Positions 1-10,098 of a stretch of DNA of 64,000 nucleotides are shown here, one piece after another; within the stretch, counting starts at the first letter, position 1; each line of letters begins with the position of its first letter. The DNA is from an uncultured bacterium (GTDB lineage: Bacteria > Zhuqueibacterota > QNDG01 > DTFT01). Where the stretch lies: positions 160,001 through 224,000 of the forward strand of contig CAVTNR010000014.1 in the NCBI GenBank assembly GCA_963736115.1. Reading direction: 5' to 3'. The notes below the pieces were generated by a model, which saw nothing but the letters and a program-made list of their open reading frames with translations, had not been told where the DNA came from and did no database searches. Position numbers and translations under genes: made by a program.

Positions 1-1406
1 GACCGAGGCGAATGCCCCGAGTTTCCATCCGGAGAAGGTCCCGTAGACGCGGGCCGAGTCCGACGCCTCGCCGAGCGCGCCCGTCAAAGCCCCGTAACCC
101 GTCCGGTAACGGTTGGAGATCCGACCCGCTTCAGCGCCGAACTCGACGGAGAGAGACGGTCCCACGATCAGGCGGTTCCGTCCGCGCAGTCGGATGGATT
201 CCTCGGTCGAACGGTTCCGGATGACCGGAATCCCGGACCCTGTCTCGTCCCATTTTTCACGGTAAACGGTCGAGTTCCATCCCAGGGTCACGTTCGAAAA
301 TCCGATAGAGCCCCAGAGGCCGCGCCACCCGATGCCTGCCGAGCTTTCCCGCGTGTCCTGGCTTCCGTAATACAGCATGTCGCCGGCGATCGCGGCGTCC
401 CGGTCCGGCGCGTTGTGATCGTCCGCAGTGATGCCGATGAAGGACAGACGGTGCCTGGGGGAGAGATCCCAGACCGCCTTGCCCTGAACGTCGCCCCAGT
501 TCGGCGGCGCCGTGCTCCCGATGTCCACGACTTTCGCGATCAGGTCGAAATAACTGCGGCGGGCCGAGGCCAGCCAGGATCCCTTTCCGCGGCCGAGCGG
601 TCCCTCTCCGACTGCCCCGAAACCCGTGATGTTCATGTCCACCTGCCCCTCGTGACGGCTGCGATTGCCCTCGCGGAAGTCGACCGCCATGACCGAGGAG
701 AGCCGGTCCCCGTACGCCGGGGAGAATCCGCCGGCCATGAACGTCACGTCCCGGATGAAATCGACATTGAGAATACCCATGGCGCCGCCCGATGCGCCCT
801 GGGAGGGGAAGTGGTTGATGTTCGGAATTTCGATGTCGTCCACGTAATAGGCGTTCTCCATCGAGCTTCCGCCCCGGACGATCAGCTTGTTCGTCTGGTC
901 GTTCACCTTCGCCACTGAGGGGAGGCTCATGACGATGCGGCTGACGTCTCCGGCGGATCCGGGAGCGCGGCGGATTTCCTCGTAGGAGAAGCCAACCGCG
1001 CCGACCGGGCGAATCCTCTGAATCCGAGAAATAACGCGCCCCTCACAGTGACGCCATCCATTCGCACCGCGGAAGGCTTGAGCCGCGCCTCTTCGAAAAC
1101 CATCCGGTCCGATTTGACGATGACATCGGGTTTTCGAAGCGTCTCATAACCGATATAACTGAAACGGAGGACGTAATGACCGACCGGGACGCCGGTGATC
1201 AGGAACCGGCCCTCTCCATCCGTCACTGCACCGAGCGGAGTGTTCTCCACGGTCACATTGGCCATGGGCAGGGGGGACTGTGTTACCCGGTCGAGAACGA
1301 TTCCCTGTATGGAACCGGAAAATGAGTTCTCAGCATGAACAGAAGAAGGGATCGATATTAAAATGGATTTAAGCATGTAAGTCAAAACAAAACAGATGTT
1401 TTTCAT
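1..1406 (-). CDS. TonB-dependent receptor, 5' part (runs off window start), frameshifted near 990-1040
   Basis: ORF 927-1406 has a signal-like N-terminus and a carboxypeptidase-regulatory-like domain (GIVLDRVTQSPLPMANV...TDGEGRFLITGVPVG...YIGYE). A different frame, open from ~1000 to position 1, encodes the plug region (FSYEEIRRAPGSAGDVSRIVMSLPSVAKVNDQTNKLIVRGGSSMENAYYVDDIEIPNINHF...GGFSPAYGDRLSSVM). Confidence 0.85.
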
Positions 1407-1432
1407 GTATTTTCTCCGTCAAAAAACAAGCC

Positions 1433-1490
1433 TTTAAAACAATTGATTAAAACAATGGTTTAAATATACGGAAAAAAAATATTTTGTCAA
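1433..1490 (-). promoter_or_regulatory. sigma70-type promoter of the TonB receptor gene with two overlapping putative TetR operators
   Basis: On the minus strand, TTGACA (1490-1485), a 16-nt spacer and TATATT (1468-1463). Immediately downstream are the imperfect palindromes TTTAAAACAATTGATTAAAA (1433-1452) and ATTAAAACAATGGTTTAAAT (1446-1465). Confidence 0.6.
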
Positions 1491-1571
1491 TAGGGAATCT
1501 TTTGTTTCAGCCATTGTTGGAACGAGTCGTTATCTGCCATGGCTCTCTCCATCAGCCTTTCACCGGACATT

Positions 1572-2189
1572 TCAAGGATTGATACTACCGGCGCCGGATG
1601 CGGTCAGATATCTCTCCAGAAGATGATCTACATACGCCTTTCGTACGGTTTCATCCCTGAATCCTTTTCCCAGAAAATCATTGAAAAAATCAGGCAACAG
1701 CACGACCAGAGTCAAGGCGCTGAGTATCTGGACCACGGAATAACGGATTTTTTCTTCAGGTATGTTCGAACCGGACTCCCGAAGTCCTTCTGTGAACCGT
1801 TCGAGAAGCGCGTTGAACCGCGGCACGAACAGGTTTTCGTAACGCTCCTGCATGGCGGATTCGAACAGATAGGCGCGCGTCATGCCGGGGAACCGCATGC
1901 CCCCTTCGAAAAAATCCGTCAGAAAACCGCGGAACCGTTCGATCGGGGTAAGCTCCGGGTTGCTGAGGTACAGTTCCCAGTCGGAGAAGGCATGGTGGAG
2001 CGATGTCCGGACAGCCTCGGCGATCAGCAGATCCTTGGACCTGAAGTAATAATTGATGGCCGCGCTGTTCACGCCCGCTGTCTTTGGCGATGTTGACCGT
2101 ATGGTCAGGTTGTCGATGCCGTGCTTTTCGATGCATTCGATTGTCGCGTAAACGATTTTATCACGCGGGGTGACAATGTCGCTTTCCAT
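1572..2189 (-). CDS. TetR/AcrR family transcriptional regulator
   Basis: N-terminal HTH (RDKIVYATIECIEKHGIDNLTIR...AGVNSAAINYYFRSKDLL); 205 aa. Confidence 0.9.
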   Translation of the reverse strand: MESDIVTPRDKIVYATIECIEKHGIDNLTIRSTSPKTAGVNSAAINYYFRSKDLLIAEAVRTSLHHAFSDWELYLSNPELTPIERFRGFLTDFFEGGMRFPGMTRAYLFESAMQERYENLFVPRFNALLERFTEGLRESGSNIPEEKIRYSVVQILSALTLVVLLPDFFNDFLGKGFRDETVRKAYVDHLLERYLTASGAGSINP

Positions 2190-2208
2190 GGATGACCTCG
2201 ATCGTCCG

Positions 2209-2257
2209 TTTCAAACAGGTGATTGAAAAATATACAATGTTTTCAGGGTATAATCAA
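2209..2257 (-). promoter_or_regulatory. promoter and putative autoregulatory operator of the TetR gene
   Basis: Minus strand TTGATT (2257-2252), 17 nt, TATATT (2234-2229). The adjacent palindrome TTTCAAACAGGTGATTGAAA (2209-2228) resembles the operator at 1433. Confidence 0.55.
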
Positions 2258-2327
2258 GGGGCAGGGAAAAATCGGTACTGCGCCGCGGCGCCGCATGGTC
2301 GAAGTCCCGGCGAAACGGATTGAAGCG

Positions 2328-5300
2328 TCAGCGTATGCAGACGAATTTCCGCGCTGCGATGAACCGCAGTCCTTCCCGGACGGCGCTCATCCGCACGATG
2401 TACACGCCGCTGGGAGCAGGCTCGGCCCATTGGCGCCGGTACTGTCCCGGTTCCATTTCTTCCTCCGCCACTGCGCTGACGCGCCTGCCGCGGACATCGA
2501 AAACCGCGACGGTCACTCTCGACCGGACCGGAACGTCCCATCGGATCGTGGTCGATCCGTTGAAGGGATTGGGGAAACACGGATGCAGTTCGAATGCCAC
2601 GGGAACGCCGGATTCACGGCGATTCACGGGCACGTTGAAGGAATTGGGTCGGCCCGGTGTTCCGCCCGTCTGCCGGCTCGCGGACCAGGCAGCGGGATCC
2701 GCATTGTCGTTTCCGGGATCGTCGAGCGAAAGCGTGGGACCCGATCCATCCGCCTCGTCGGGCCAGGGGTTTTCATCACCGAAAAAAATCGAATCCACCA
2801 TGTCGCCGTCATGGTCCGTGAGGGTGAGCGAATCCCCCGAGTTCTTGAAATTGAAAAGGATGCCGATCACGGGGTAGGGAACGTCGGGATGGAGAAGCCG
2901 GAACGCGGCCGGGTCCGCAGCCAGAACGGTATATCCGCGCGCATCGAGGACGGAACCCGGGGGAACCTCGAAGGGAGGATTGCGGAGGCCGGCGCGGAAA
3001 ATCCATCCGGACAGGTCCAGCGAGGCGTCCGACGGGTTGACCAGTTCCACCCAGTCGCCGGTGTCAAAGGAATCGGAAGAATGATAATTGATTTCGTTGA
3101 TGACCGGCCGATGCCGGCCGGAGTCGGGTTCGAACCGGGCCGTGAGGCTGAGAGGGCCGGTCGGGTCGATGGAGATTGTGATGGAGTCGCCGGTCCCGGG
3201 AATGGACCATCCGGTGAAGCGGTAACCGGGATTCGGCCTTGCGGTGATTTCGACCGGCACGCGCTTGAAATACGTGCCCGACCAGGGAAAGGCGTTCAGG
3301 TCCAGCGAATTGACGCGCAAGCCGCCCCCGGCCGCATCCGAGACGTTCAGCGTGATCTGTGCCGTTCCGGAAAGGCTGAATTGACTCATGAGGTGGCTCC
3401 GCAGAACGGGGATACGACGATCCGCGAAATCACGAAGACGGTCCACCTGGTTGTTCCAGCCCGGCGCCGAACCCGGCCACCGGATCCGGTGAAAGGGGAT
3501 TTCCGGCGCGATCAGGGCCGAAAGGCTGTCGATGACGTTCCGCACCCTGCGTTTCTCGAAAGTGGAGTTGAGATGATCCGCGGCCCGGTTGATGAAGCGG
3601 TTCCGGAAAACGGGATTTTCGACCAGCCGGCGGAAGAGAAATGTCGAGACGGGCGGATTCGGCCAGGCCGGGCCGGCGGGATCCAGCGCGAAGGCCAGGG
3701 TGTTGTGATGGACGCCGTCCGAATCGTATAATCCGAATCCGAAATCCGTGTCGTACAGGATCCACCGCCACCGGGCGCCCGGCGTCCTCGATTTCCAGAA
3801 TTTGATGTTGTTTCCCGGCCAATCCGTATTGTCGAAGTAGATCTCGGCACACATGTAGTCCATGTAATTGTCGAGATCGATGCGGTCGTGAATGAACACG
3901 TAAGCCTCATTGGAGGACATGTCCATCCCGGCCAGAGCGGTTGTCATGTCGTGATACGCGTCCGCTTGTCCTTCGATGACGCCGATTCCTGCGTCCCCCT
4001 CGAGTGCGAGCAGATCGATTCCGTCCGGATCCACGCCATGGTGCGAGGCAAGATAGTGGGCGTCCGGTTTTTCCCGGATGTTCATGATTCCCCAGTATTC
4101 ACCGTTGAGGAACACCGACGCCGGCCTGAAGGCGAGCGCGTCGATGGCCGTCCGGCTCCGCACCAGCGTCTGCATGAGTCCGTCACGGAACATCGTATAC
4201 TGCCAGTCGTTCCCCGAGTTCCGCAGGAGGAACGTCTCGAACCGGCGGATGTCCATGTCCGGAAAGAGTCGGTGATCGATCCTCCGCTCGTCGTAGACGT
4301 CCCTGAAATAAACCGCCAGAGACTTCTGGTCGAAGGCGCGGCTCCAGCCGCCGTATATCCGGATCCCCGTGTCGAGGCTGAAGGCGGGTGAGCCGTCGGT
4401 TTCGAAGAACTCGACGTGCGCGGGCCGCTCCCAGTCCTGCCAGAAGTTGGCGCCGAAATTCGGATTGTCCGGACTCGCGCCGGGGCCTAGGATGTAAATG
4501 CCGGATTCCCAGTCCCACAAGTCGGGGGGATCCACGGTCAGGGAAACGACAGGCAGGGTTTTTCGTTCCCCGACGAGGAAGGTCTGTGTGGTTATCGTAC
4601 TCGGCAGTAAACCCGGGCGGAACGAGCGGCCGCGGAGCACTCCGGTTTTCTTCATCGTCAGGAGCCGGCCGGCCGGGGGGGAATCTTCAGAAGGAACGGA
4701 GCCGTCCGTCGTGACCCGGACGGAATCCCCTGGGACGGCGGGAGATACGGAGACGACGCATTCGCCGGAATAGAAACCCGCGGGCGGATCGAATCGCGGG
4801 GCCGGAGTCACGCCGGTCACGAAAGGTGGATGGTTCGCAGTTCCGGGAGTCGCGGAGGACATCATACGCCACGCGTCTCTGCCGTCCGGAAAACGGCCCC
4901 AGGAGACCGATGCCGGGAGCGCCGGAACGGTCAGCGAATCCAGCAGGACACCCGCCGGATCGGAAAATACAAGCGTTTCTCCGGCTTTGATCTTGAAGTT
5001 CGCGTCAAGCGGGGGCGCGAACAGCGGAAGGCCCGGCCGCACACTGAAGGCGGGCCGGGAGGAGATTTTTCCGATGGTCAGAAAAGGAATCAGCGTCAAA
5101 TCGCCTGTGCCCTTGGCCGCGGCGTGGACCTGAATCGCCAGAACATTGGCGCCTTCCCGGAAAAGGCTCGCGTCGACGGTGATCGGAAACGCCACGGGCG
5201 GATCGCCCCTGCGCATCCGCGTCTCGGCCGGCGTGGTCGCGACCCGGTCCCACACCGGATGGTCCCCGCGGGGGCCCATGTTTCGACGCGCCACCTCGCG

Positions 5301-5873
5301 GCTGTTGATGTAGGCGACGAAACCGTCCTGGTAATCGACATGAAGAACGGCGAATGTGATCGAGTCCGATCCCGAGAGAATGAAGGTCCGTCTCGCGAAG
5401 AGGGAGGGCGCGCGTGGGACGGCGGTAGAGTCCGCCGAGTCTCCGGTCCCGAATCCGCTCGGGCCTTCGGGCCAGGAGGCGTCGTTGAAACGGGCCGTGT
5501 ACCAGGAACGGGAGAGTGCCGCGCTCCCGGGCTGGACTCTCCACACGTCGCCCCGATCCACCACGGTTTCAAACGCCATTCGATCCCGGAGGTCCTCGTC
5601 CGACGCGCGGATCAAGGCGAAGGATTTGGCCGGTATTTCGAGCCAGGGAAGCGTCCACTTGTCCGGCCGGTTCGGATCGTCCGAGAGACGGTATCCCTCG
5701 AGCCGGACGGCCTGCAGCGATGGATTGTACAGCTCGATCCAGTCGTGAAAGTCACCATTCGCGTCGGGAAGCAGCGAGACGTTGCGGGTCATGACCTCAT
5801 TGATGACGACGGTCTGGGGCGTCAGCCGGCCCCAGACCAGAACGATGATGAGCGGCAGGAAAATCCGTCTCAA
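2328..5873 (-). CDS. secreted CotH-kinase family protein with lamin-tail domains, FN3-associated domain and C-terminal FlgD/Por-tail-like sorting domain
   Basis: Signal peptide; lamin-tail motifs (VVINEVM...DWIELYNP; PVINEINY...DWVELVNP); CotH motifs (GIRIYGGWSRAFDQKS, LRNSGND, FLNGEYWG, DWPGNN, WILYDTDFGFG); tail CFPNPFN...RKFVCIR. Confidence 0.88.
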   Translation of the reverse strand: MRRIFLPLIIVLVWGRLTPQTVVINEVMTRNVSLLPDANGDFHDWIELYNPSLQAVRLEGYRLSDDPNRPDKWTLPWLEIPAKSFALIRASDEDLRDRMAFETVVDRGDVWRVQPGSAALSRSWYTARFNDASWPEGPSGFGTGDSADSTAVPRAPSLFARRTFILSGSDSITFAVLHVDYQDGFVAYINSREVARRNMGPRGDHPVWDRVATTPAETRMRRGDPPVAFPITVDASLFREGANVLAIQVHAAAKGTGDLTLIPFLTIGKISSRPAFSVRPGLPLFAPPLDANFKIKAGETLVFSDPAGVLLDSLTVPALPASVSWGRFPDGRDAWRMMSSATPGTANHPPFVTGVTPAPRFDPPAGFYSGECVVSVSPAVPGDSVRVTTDGSVPSEDSPPAGRLLTMKKTGVLRGRSFRPGLLPSTITTQTFLVGERKTLPVVSLTVDPPDLWDWESGIYILGPGASPDNPNFGANFWQDWERPAHVEFFETDGSPAFSLDTGIRIYGGWSRAFDQKSLAVYFRDVYDERRIDHRLFPDMDIRRFETFLLRNSGNDWQYTMFRDGLMQTLVRSRTAIDALAFRPASVFLNGEYWGIMNIREKPDAHYLASHHGVDPDGIDLLALEGDAGIGVIEGQADAYHDMTTALAGMDMSSNEAYVFIHDRIDLDNYMDYMCAEIYFDNTDWPGNNIKFWKSRTPGARWRWILYDTDFGFGLYDSDGVHHNTLAFALDPAGPAWPNPPVSTFLFRRLVENPVFRNRFINRAADHLNSTFEKRRVRNVIDSLSALIAPEIPFHRIRWPGSAPGWNNQVDRLRDFADRRIPVLRSHLMSQFSLSGTAQITLNVSDAAGGGLRVNSLDLNAFPWSGTYFKRVPVEITARPNPGYRFTGWSIPGTGDSITISIDPTGPLSLTARFEPDSGRHRPVINEINYHSSDSFDTGDWVELVNPSDASLDLSGWIFRAGLRNPPFEVPPGSVLDARGYTVLAADPAAFRLLHPDVPYPVIGILFNFKNSGDSLTLTDHDGDMVDSIFFGDENPWPDEADGSGPTLSLDDPGNDNADPAAWSASRQTGGTPGRPNSFNVPVNRRESGVPVAFELHPCFPNPFNGSTTIRWDVPVRSRVTVAVFDVRGRRVSAVAEEEMEPGQYRRQWAEPAPSGVYIVRMSAVREGLRFIAARKFVCIR

Positions 5874-5929
5874 GGGATGCCCTTCAGCGATTCGATCTCG
5901 GAACGGAACATCATTGGGCGTTCCGCAGT

Positions 5930-5963
5930 AAAAAACGCCCGCGGGCCGAAGGTCCGCGGGCGT
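5930..5963 (-). terminator. rho-independent terminator after the SurA/PpiD gene
   Basis: Stem ACGCCCGCGG/CCGCGGGCGT with an A-run on the + strand (U-tract on the minus strand), 25 nt past the stop codon. Confidence 0.7.
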
Positions 5964-5987
5964 CCGGAAAACCGTTTGTATGCCGGA

Positions 5988-7802
5988 TTAAAAATACCAG
6001 TCCCTGTAATCCTCAATTTTCCCCTTGTCCATGAGATCCTTCATCCACGCGGAATAGAACTGATTCTGCTTGCGCTGAAGGAGTTGACGTTTGTACGCAT
6101 CTTTCTGCGTCTCCCATGCCTGCATGTCCGCCGGCTGTTCAGCCAGCCCCATGAGTACGAAGGCGCCGCGGCTGCCTTCCACCGCGTCGGAGATCTGTCC
6201 GGGTTTCAGTTTGAAAGCCGCGGCCGAGAAGGCCTGATCGCGGCCCAGTTGGGGGATATAGCCAAGCGCCGTGAAGAAGCCCGTTTCGCGGACTTCCAAA
6301 CTGTCTCCGGCCGCTTCCGCTTCGAACCGGTCGGCGGACTGCACTTTCGCGCGGAAGGATTTGGCCGCGTTCAGCGCGGAGGCTTTCATCTTTTCGTTCC
6401 GGAGCAGGCCTTCGATGGTCGGTTTCAGGTCTTCGAGAGGCTTCACCCTGGCTTTCTGAATCTCCAGAATACGGAATACGACAATCGCATTGTCCATGTA
6501 TATGGGCGAACTCAGCCAGCCTTCGTCCTGCGCGAAGGCCAGGTGGTTGACGCGCGGGGCAAGGCCGATTCCGGGGACGAAGGATCCTTTTCTGAAAAGC
6601 GGTGTCTCCTGCGGCGTGTTTCCTTCACCTTCCGCTATTTCCTTGAACGCCTCGCCTTTGCTGGCCTGGAGTGATTTGACAAAGAATTCGGCACGCTGAT
6701 TGACGCTCTCCTGCGATTCCTGGCTGGTCTTGAAGGTCAGGAGAATATGGCTGGCCTGAACCGTGGTCTCGCCCTTTTCCTGCTTTCGCGCCGCCACCTT
6801 GATGAGATGGAGCCCGAATGGCGTCTGGACCGGACCGACCAGGTCGCCCGGCCTGGCCGAGAAAACCGCGTCTTCGAACGGCTTCACCATGGTACCCTTG
6901 CGGATGAATCCGAGGTCGCCGCCGTTCTCGGCATTGGACTTGTCCTCGGAATAATCCCTGGCCATTTCCGCGAAATCCGCGCCTTCCCGGATCTGCTGGA
7001 GGATGTCCCGGGCGTCCGCGCGCGTCGCCGCGCTGTCCTCGATCGTGGGCCGCATTTCAAACCGCACGTACTGTATCTTTCTCTGCTCCGGCTCCTCGTA
7101 GTCCTTCTGGTGCGACTTGTAATAGGAGGCGACGGCCTTGTCCGTAACGGAGGGGTCGTCCAGAACGGTGCGTGCCGGATCGAAGAAAACATACTTCACG
7201 TTGACTTTCGCGTTTTCCATGCGGTACGCGGTTTCAGCCTCGCCTTCCGAGACGCGTACCGAAGCGATGACCGACTGCTGGAGTTTCTGCACGGGAATCG
7301 CGGACCGGAAATAGCTTTCCACCGGGGTCCAGGCCTGAAAATAGCGCGTGTCGGATAGGGCCTCAAGGTACTTCTGCTGGTCGAACTGGCCGTCGGTCTG
7401 GAACTGCTCTGAGTTGCGGACGAAATCCGGCGGCGCGTTGCGCATGAAAAAGACGACTTCTTCCGGAGAGGCGGTGATGCCCTGGCGCTCGACCTCCTGC
7501 GCCATCAGCTTCTCGCGCACGACCTGCTGCCAGACCTGGTCGCGGATCTGGTTCCGCCTGAATTCCGTCAGGTCCTCGGCTTTCTCCTGCTCCCGCACGC
7601 GTCTGTATTCATCGTCGAGCATCTGCGCGAACTGCTGGTAATGGATGCGTTCGCCGTTGATCGATCCGATGATGCCCTCCTCGGTGACGTCCCCCCGGCG
7701 CTTGAATCCGCCCATGCCCCAGCTGAAGACGATGGTGCCGATGAACGTCAGCGCCACGATCCACATGATGATCTTCATGTTGTTACGGAGAGTCTGCATC
7801 AT
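5988..7802 (-). CDS. PpiD/SurA-type membrane-anchored peptidyl-prolyl isomerase
   Basis: N-terminal TM helix, SurA N domain (GSINGERIHY), rotamase motif (GADFAEMARDYSED...GGDLGFIRKGTMVKPFEDAVF...VQTPFGLHLIKV). Confidence 0.92.
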   Translation of the reverse strand: MMQTLRNNMKIIMWIVALTFIGTIVFSWGMGGFKRRGDVTEEGIIGSINGERIHYQQFAQMLDDEYRRVREQEKAEDLTEFRRNQIRDQVWQQVVREKLMAQEVERQGITASPEEVVFFMRNAPPDFVRNSEQFQTDGQFDQQKYLEALSDTRYFQAWTPVESYFRSAIPVQKLQQSVIASVRVSEGEAETAYRMENAKVNVKYVFFDPARTVLDDPSVTDKAVASYYKSHQKDYEEPEQRKIQYVRFEMRPTIEDSAATRADARDILQQIREGADFAEMARDYSEDKSNAENGGDLGFIRKGTMVKPFEDAVFSARPGDLVGPVQTPFGLHLIKVAARKQEKGETTVQASHILLTFKTSQESQESVNQRAEFFVKSLQASKGEAFKEIAEGEGNTPQETPLFRKGSFVPGIGLAPRVNHLAFAQDEGWLSSPIYMDNAIVVFRILEIQKARVKPLEDLKPTIEGLLRNEKMKASALNAAKSFRAKVQSADRFEAEAAGDSLEVRETGFFTALGYIPQLGRDQAFSAAAFKLKPGQISDAVEGSRGAFVLMGLAEQPADMQAWETQKDAYKRQLLQRKQNQFYSAWMKDLMDKGKIEDYRDWYF

Positions 7803-7893
7803 AAGGCCTGCATCTCCTATGCTAATTCACTAAAAACCAAGATGTTTTGAACTCTTAATTTAATATATCAGGGCCTGAAAAGCAAGGTAATTC

Positions 7894-7922
7894 TTGACAT
7901 TAAAAGGGGGAATGGGTATATT
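7894..7922 (+). promoter_or_regulatory. sigma70-type promoter upstream of uvrB
   Basis: TTGACA (7894-7899), 17 nt, TATATT (7917-7922). Confidence 0.7.
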
Positions 7923-7930
7923 AAAAAACA

Positions 7931-8027
7931 GTTCATCGTTCATGGTTCATAGTTCATAGTTGTTAAAAAGTGAATCCTGCACTCAATCGCTCTTTTAACT
8001 ATGAACCATGAACTATGAATTATGAAC
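7931..8027. repeat. inverted heptamer array element 1: (GTTCATN)4 ... (YATGAAY)4
   Basis: GTTCATC GTTCATG GTTCATA GTTCATA at 7931-7958 and TATGAAC CATGAAC TATGAAT TATGAAC at 8000-8027. The inner GTTAAAAAG/CTTTTAAC segments are also complementary. Confidence 0.9.
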
Positions 8028-8070
8028 TTATCATCCAACCCTGAAATTCCACCATACCCGGTCCACTCCC

Positions 8071-10098
8071 ATGCCCGATTTCGAGCTGATTTCCCCTTTC
8101 AAGCCCAAGGGCGACCAGCCCAGAGCCATTCTCGAACTGGCGGAAGGCCTGGGGCGCGGCGACCGGTTCCAGACCCTTCTCGGCGTGACCGGATCCGGCA
8201 AGACGTTTACGCTGGCCAGCGTGGTCGCGCAATTCAACCGGCCCACGCTGGTCATCTCGCACAACAAGACCCTGGCCGCCCAGCTCTACGGCGAATTCAA
8301 GTCGTTTTTTCCCAACAACGCCGTGGAGTACTTCGTCAGTTACTACGATTACTACCAGCCCGAAGCCTACGTTCCCAGCAGCGACACCTACATCGAGAAG
8401 GACACTTCGATCAATGACGAGATCGACCGGCTCCGCCTGAAGGCGACCAGCAGCCTGCTCGAGCGCAGGGATGTGCTCATTGTGGCATCGGTGTCCTGCA
8501 TTTACGGGCTCGGCTCCCCGACCGATTTCAAGAATCTCCTGCTGTTCCTGGAGAAGGGAGCGGAGGCGGACCGCCGGACGGTTTTCGAACGTCTCATCGA
8601 CATCCACTATACCCGGAACGACCTGGACTTCAGGCGCGGAACGTTCCGCGTGCGGGGGGACACATTGGAAATTTTTCCCGCATACGAGGAAATCGCGTTC
8701 CGGGTGGAAATGTTCGGCGACACGGTGGAGCGGATATCCGAAATCCGGCCCCTGACCGGGGAAGTGATCCGCGAACGCGAAAAAATCGCGGTGTATCCGG
8801 CCAAGCACTTTGTGACCACCACGCCCAAACTCGAGGCCGCGGTCGTCGCCATCGAGGCCGAATTGAAGGAGAGGCTCGAAACGCTACGCGGACAGGGCAA
8901 GCTCCTCGAGGCCCAGCGGCTGGAGATGCGCACCCGGTACGACCTCGAGATGATGCAGGAGATCGGGTACTGCAGCGGCATAGAGAATTACTCCCGGCAC
9001 ATGGCCGGCCGCAGTCCCGGCGAACGGCCGGAATGCCTGTTCGATTATTTCCCGAAGGACTTTCTGCTGATCCTCGACGAATCGCACGCCACCGTCCCCC
9101 AGATCCGGGCGATGTACAACGGCGACCGCGCCCGCAAGGAGACCCTGGTCGAATTCGGTTTCCGCCTCCCGTCCGCGCTGGACAACCGTCCGTTGAAGTT
9201 CGAGGAATTCGAGGCCATGATCCCGGCCGTGATCTTCGTCTCCGCGACCCCGGCTGATTACGAGCTGGAAAAAAGCGGGGGCGTGGTGGTCGAACAGATC
9301 ATCCGTCCGACCGGCCTGACGGATCCGGAAGTCGTGGTGCGGCCCTCGGCGAACCAGATCGACGATCTCGTCGCTGAAATCCGGAACCGGACGGCGCGGA
9401 AGGAGCGGGTGCTGGTCACGACTCTGACCAAGCGCATGGCCGAGGACCTGACGGACTACCTCGCGGAGCTGGACGTGCGCGTCCGGTATCTGCATTCCGA
9501 AATCGACGCGCTGGACCGCGTCGACATCATCCGCAGTCTGCGTCTGGCCGATTTCGACGTGCTTGTGGGCATCAATCTGCTTCGGGAGGGGCTCGATCTG
9601 CCGGAAGTGTCGCTGGTCGCGATTCTCGACGCGGACAAGGAGGGTTTTCTGCGTTCGGCCCGGTCGCTGATGCAGATCGCCGGACGCGCCGCCCGCAACC
9701 TGAACGGGACGGTGATTCTCTACGCGGACCGGGAGACGGATTCGATCCGCTTTCTGCTGGACGAAACCGCCCGAAGGCGCAGCCTGCAGTCACGGTACAA
9801 CGAGGCCAATGGAATCGTTCCGGAAACCGTGTACAAGAGCGTGCAGGACATTCTGTCCGCCACCGCGGTGGCGGATTCGAACGCCGCGGAGCCGGAGGCC
9901 GAAGAGGGTTTCCGGAATCTGGGCGCGGCCGAGCGGGAGGATCTGCTCTCGGTACTCACGGCGCAGATGCGGATGGCCGCGGAACAGCTTGAATTCGAGC
10001 GGGCGGCGGAATTGCGCGATGAAATCGACCGGATACAGGGGATGAAGAAGAAACCGGCCGCGTCCGGTTCTTACCGGTATTCAAGGAGAAAAAAATGA
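8071..10098 (+). CDS. uvrB: excinuclease ABC subunit B
   Basis: [49 protein letters not shown] and a C-terminal UVR domain. Confidence 0.99.
   Translation: MPDFELISPFKPKGDQPRAILELAEGLGRGDRFQTLLGVTGSGKTFTLASVVAQFNRPTLVISHNKTLAAQLYGEFKSFFPNNAVEYFVSYYDYYQPEAYVPSSDTYIEKDTSINDEIDRLRLKATSSLLERRDVLIVASVSCIYGLGSPTDFKNLLLFLEKGAEADRRTVFERLIDIHYTRNDLDFRRGTFRVRGDTLEIFPAYEEIAFRVEMFGDTVERISEIRPLTGEVIREREKIAVYPAKHFVTTTPKLEAAVVAIEAELKERLETLRGQGKLLEAQRLEMRTRYDLEMMQEIGYCSGIENYSRHMAGRSPGERPECLFDYFPKDFLLILDESHATVPQIRAMYNGDRARKETLVEFGFRLPSALDNRPLKFEEFEAMIPAVIFVSATPADYELEKSGGVVVEQIIRPTGLTDPEVVVRPSANQIDDLVAEIRNRTARKERVLVTTLTKRMAEDLTDYLAELDVRVRYLHSEIDALDRVDIIRSLRLADFDVLVGINLLREGLDLPEVSLVAILDADKEGFLRSARSLMQIAGRAARNLNGTVILYADRETDSIRFLLDETARRRSLQSRYNEANGIVPETVYKSVQDILSATAVADSNAAEPEAEEGFRNLGAAEREDLLSVLTAQMRMAAEQLEFERAAELRDEIDRIQGMKKKPAASGSYRYSRRKK

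Noticed and set aside
985-1045. TonB receptor as a true pseudogene or phase-variable gene
   Set aside because: The indels are clustered with no slippery repeat. The nearby TetR HTH also shows apparent compensating indels (LTIRSTSPKTAG, where NIAK is readable in another frame), consistent with low-quality sequence in this part of the window.
7931-8027. Diversity-generating retroelement or four-helix-bundle cassette
   Set aside because: No reverse transcriptase, Avd-like ORF or template/variable repeat pair was seen; the array interiors are too short to code.
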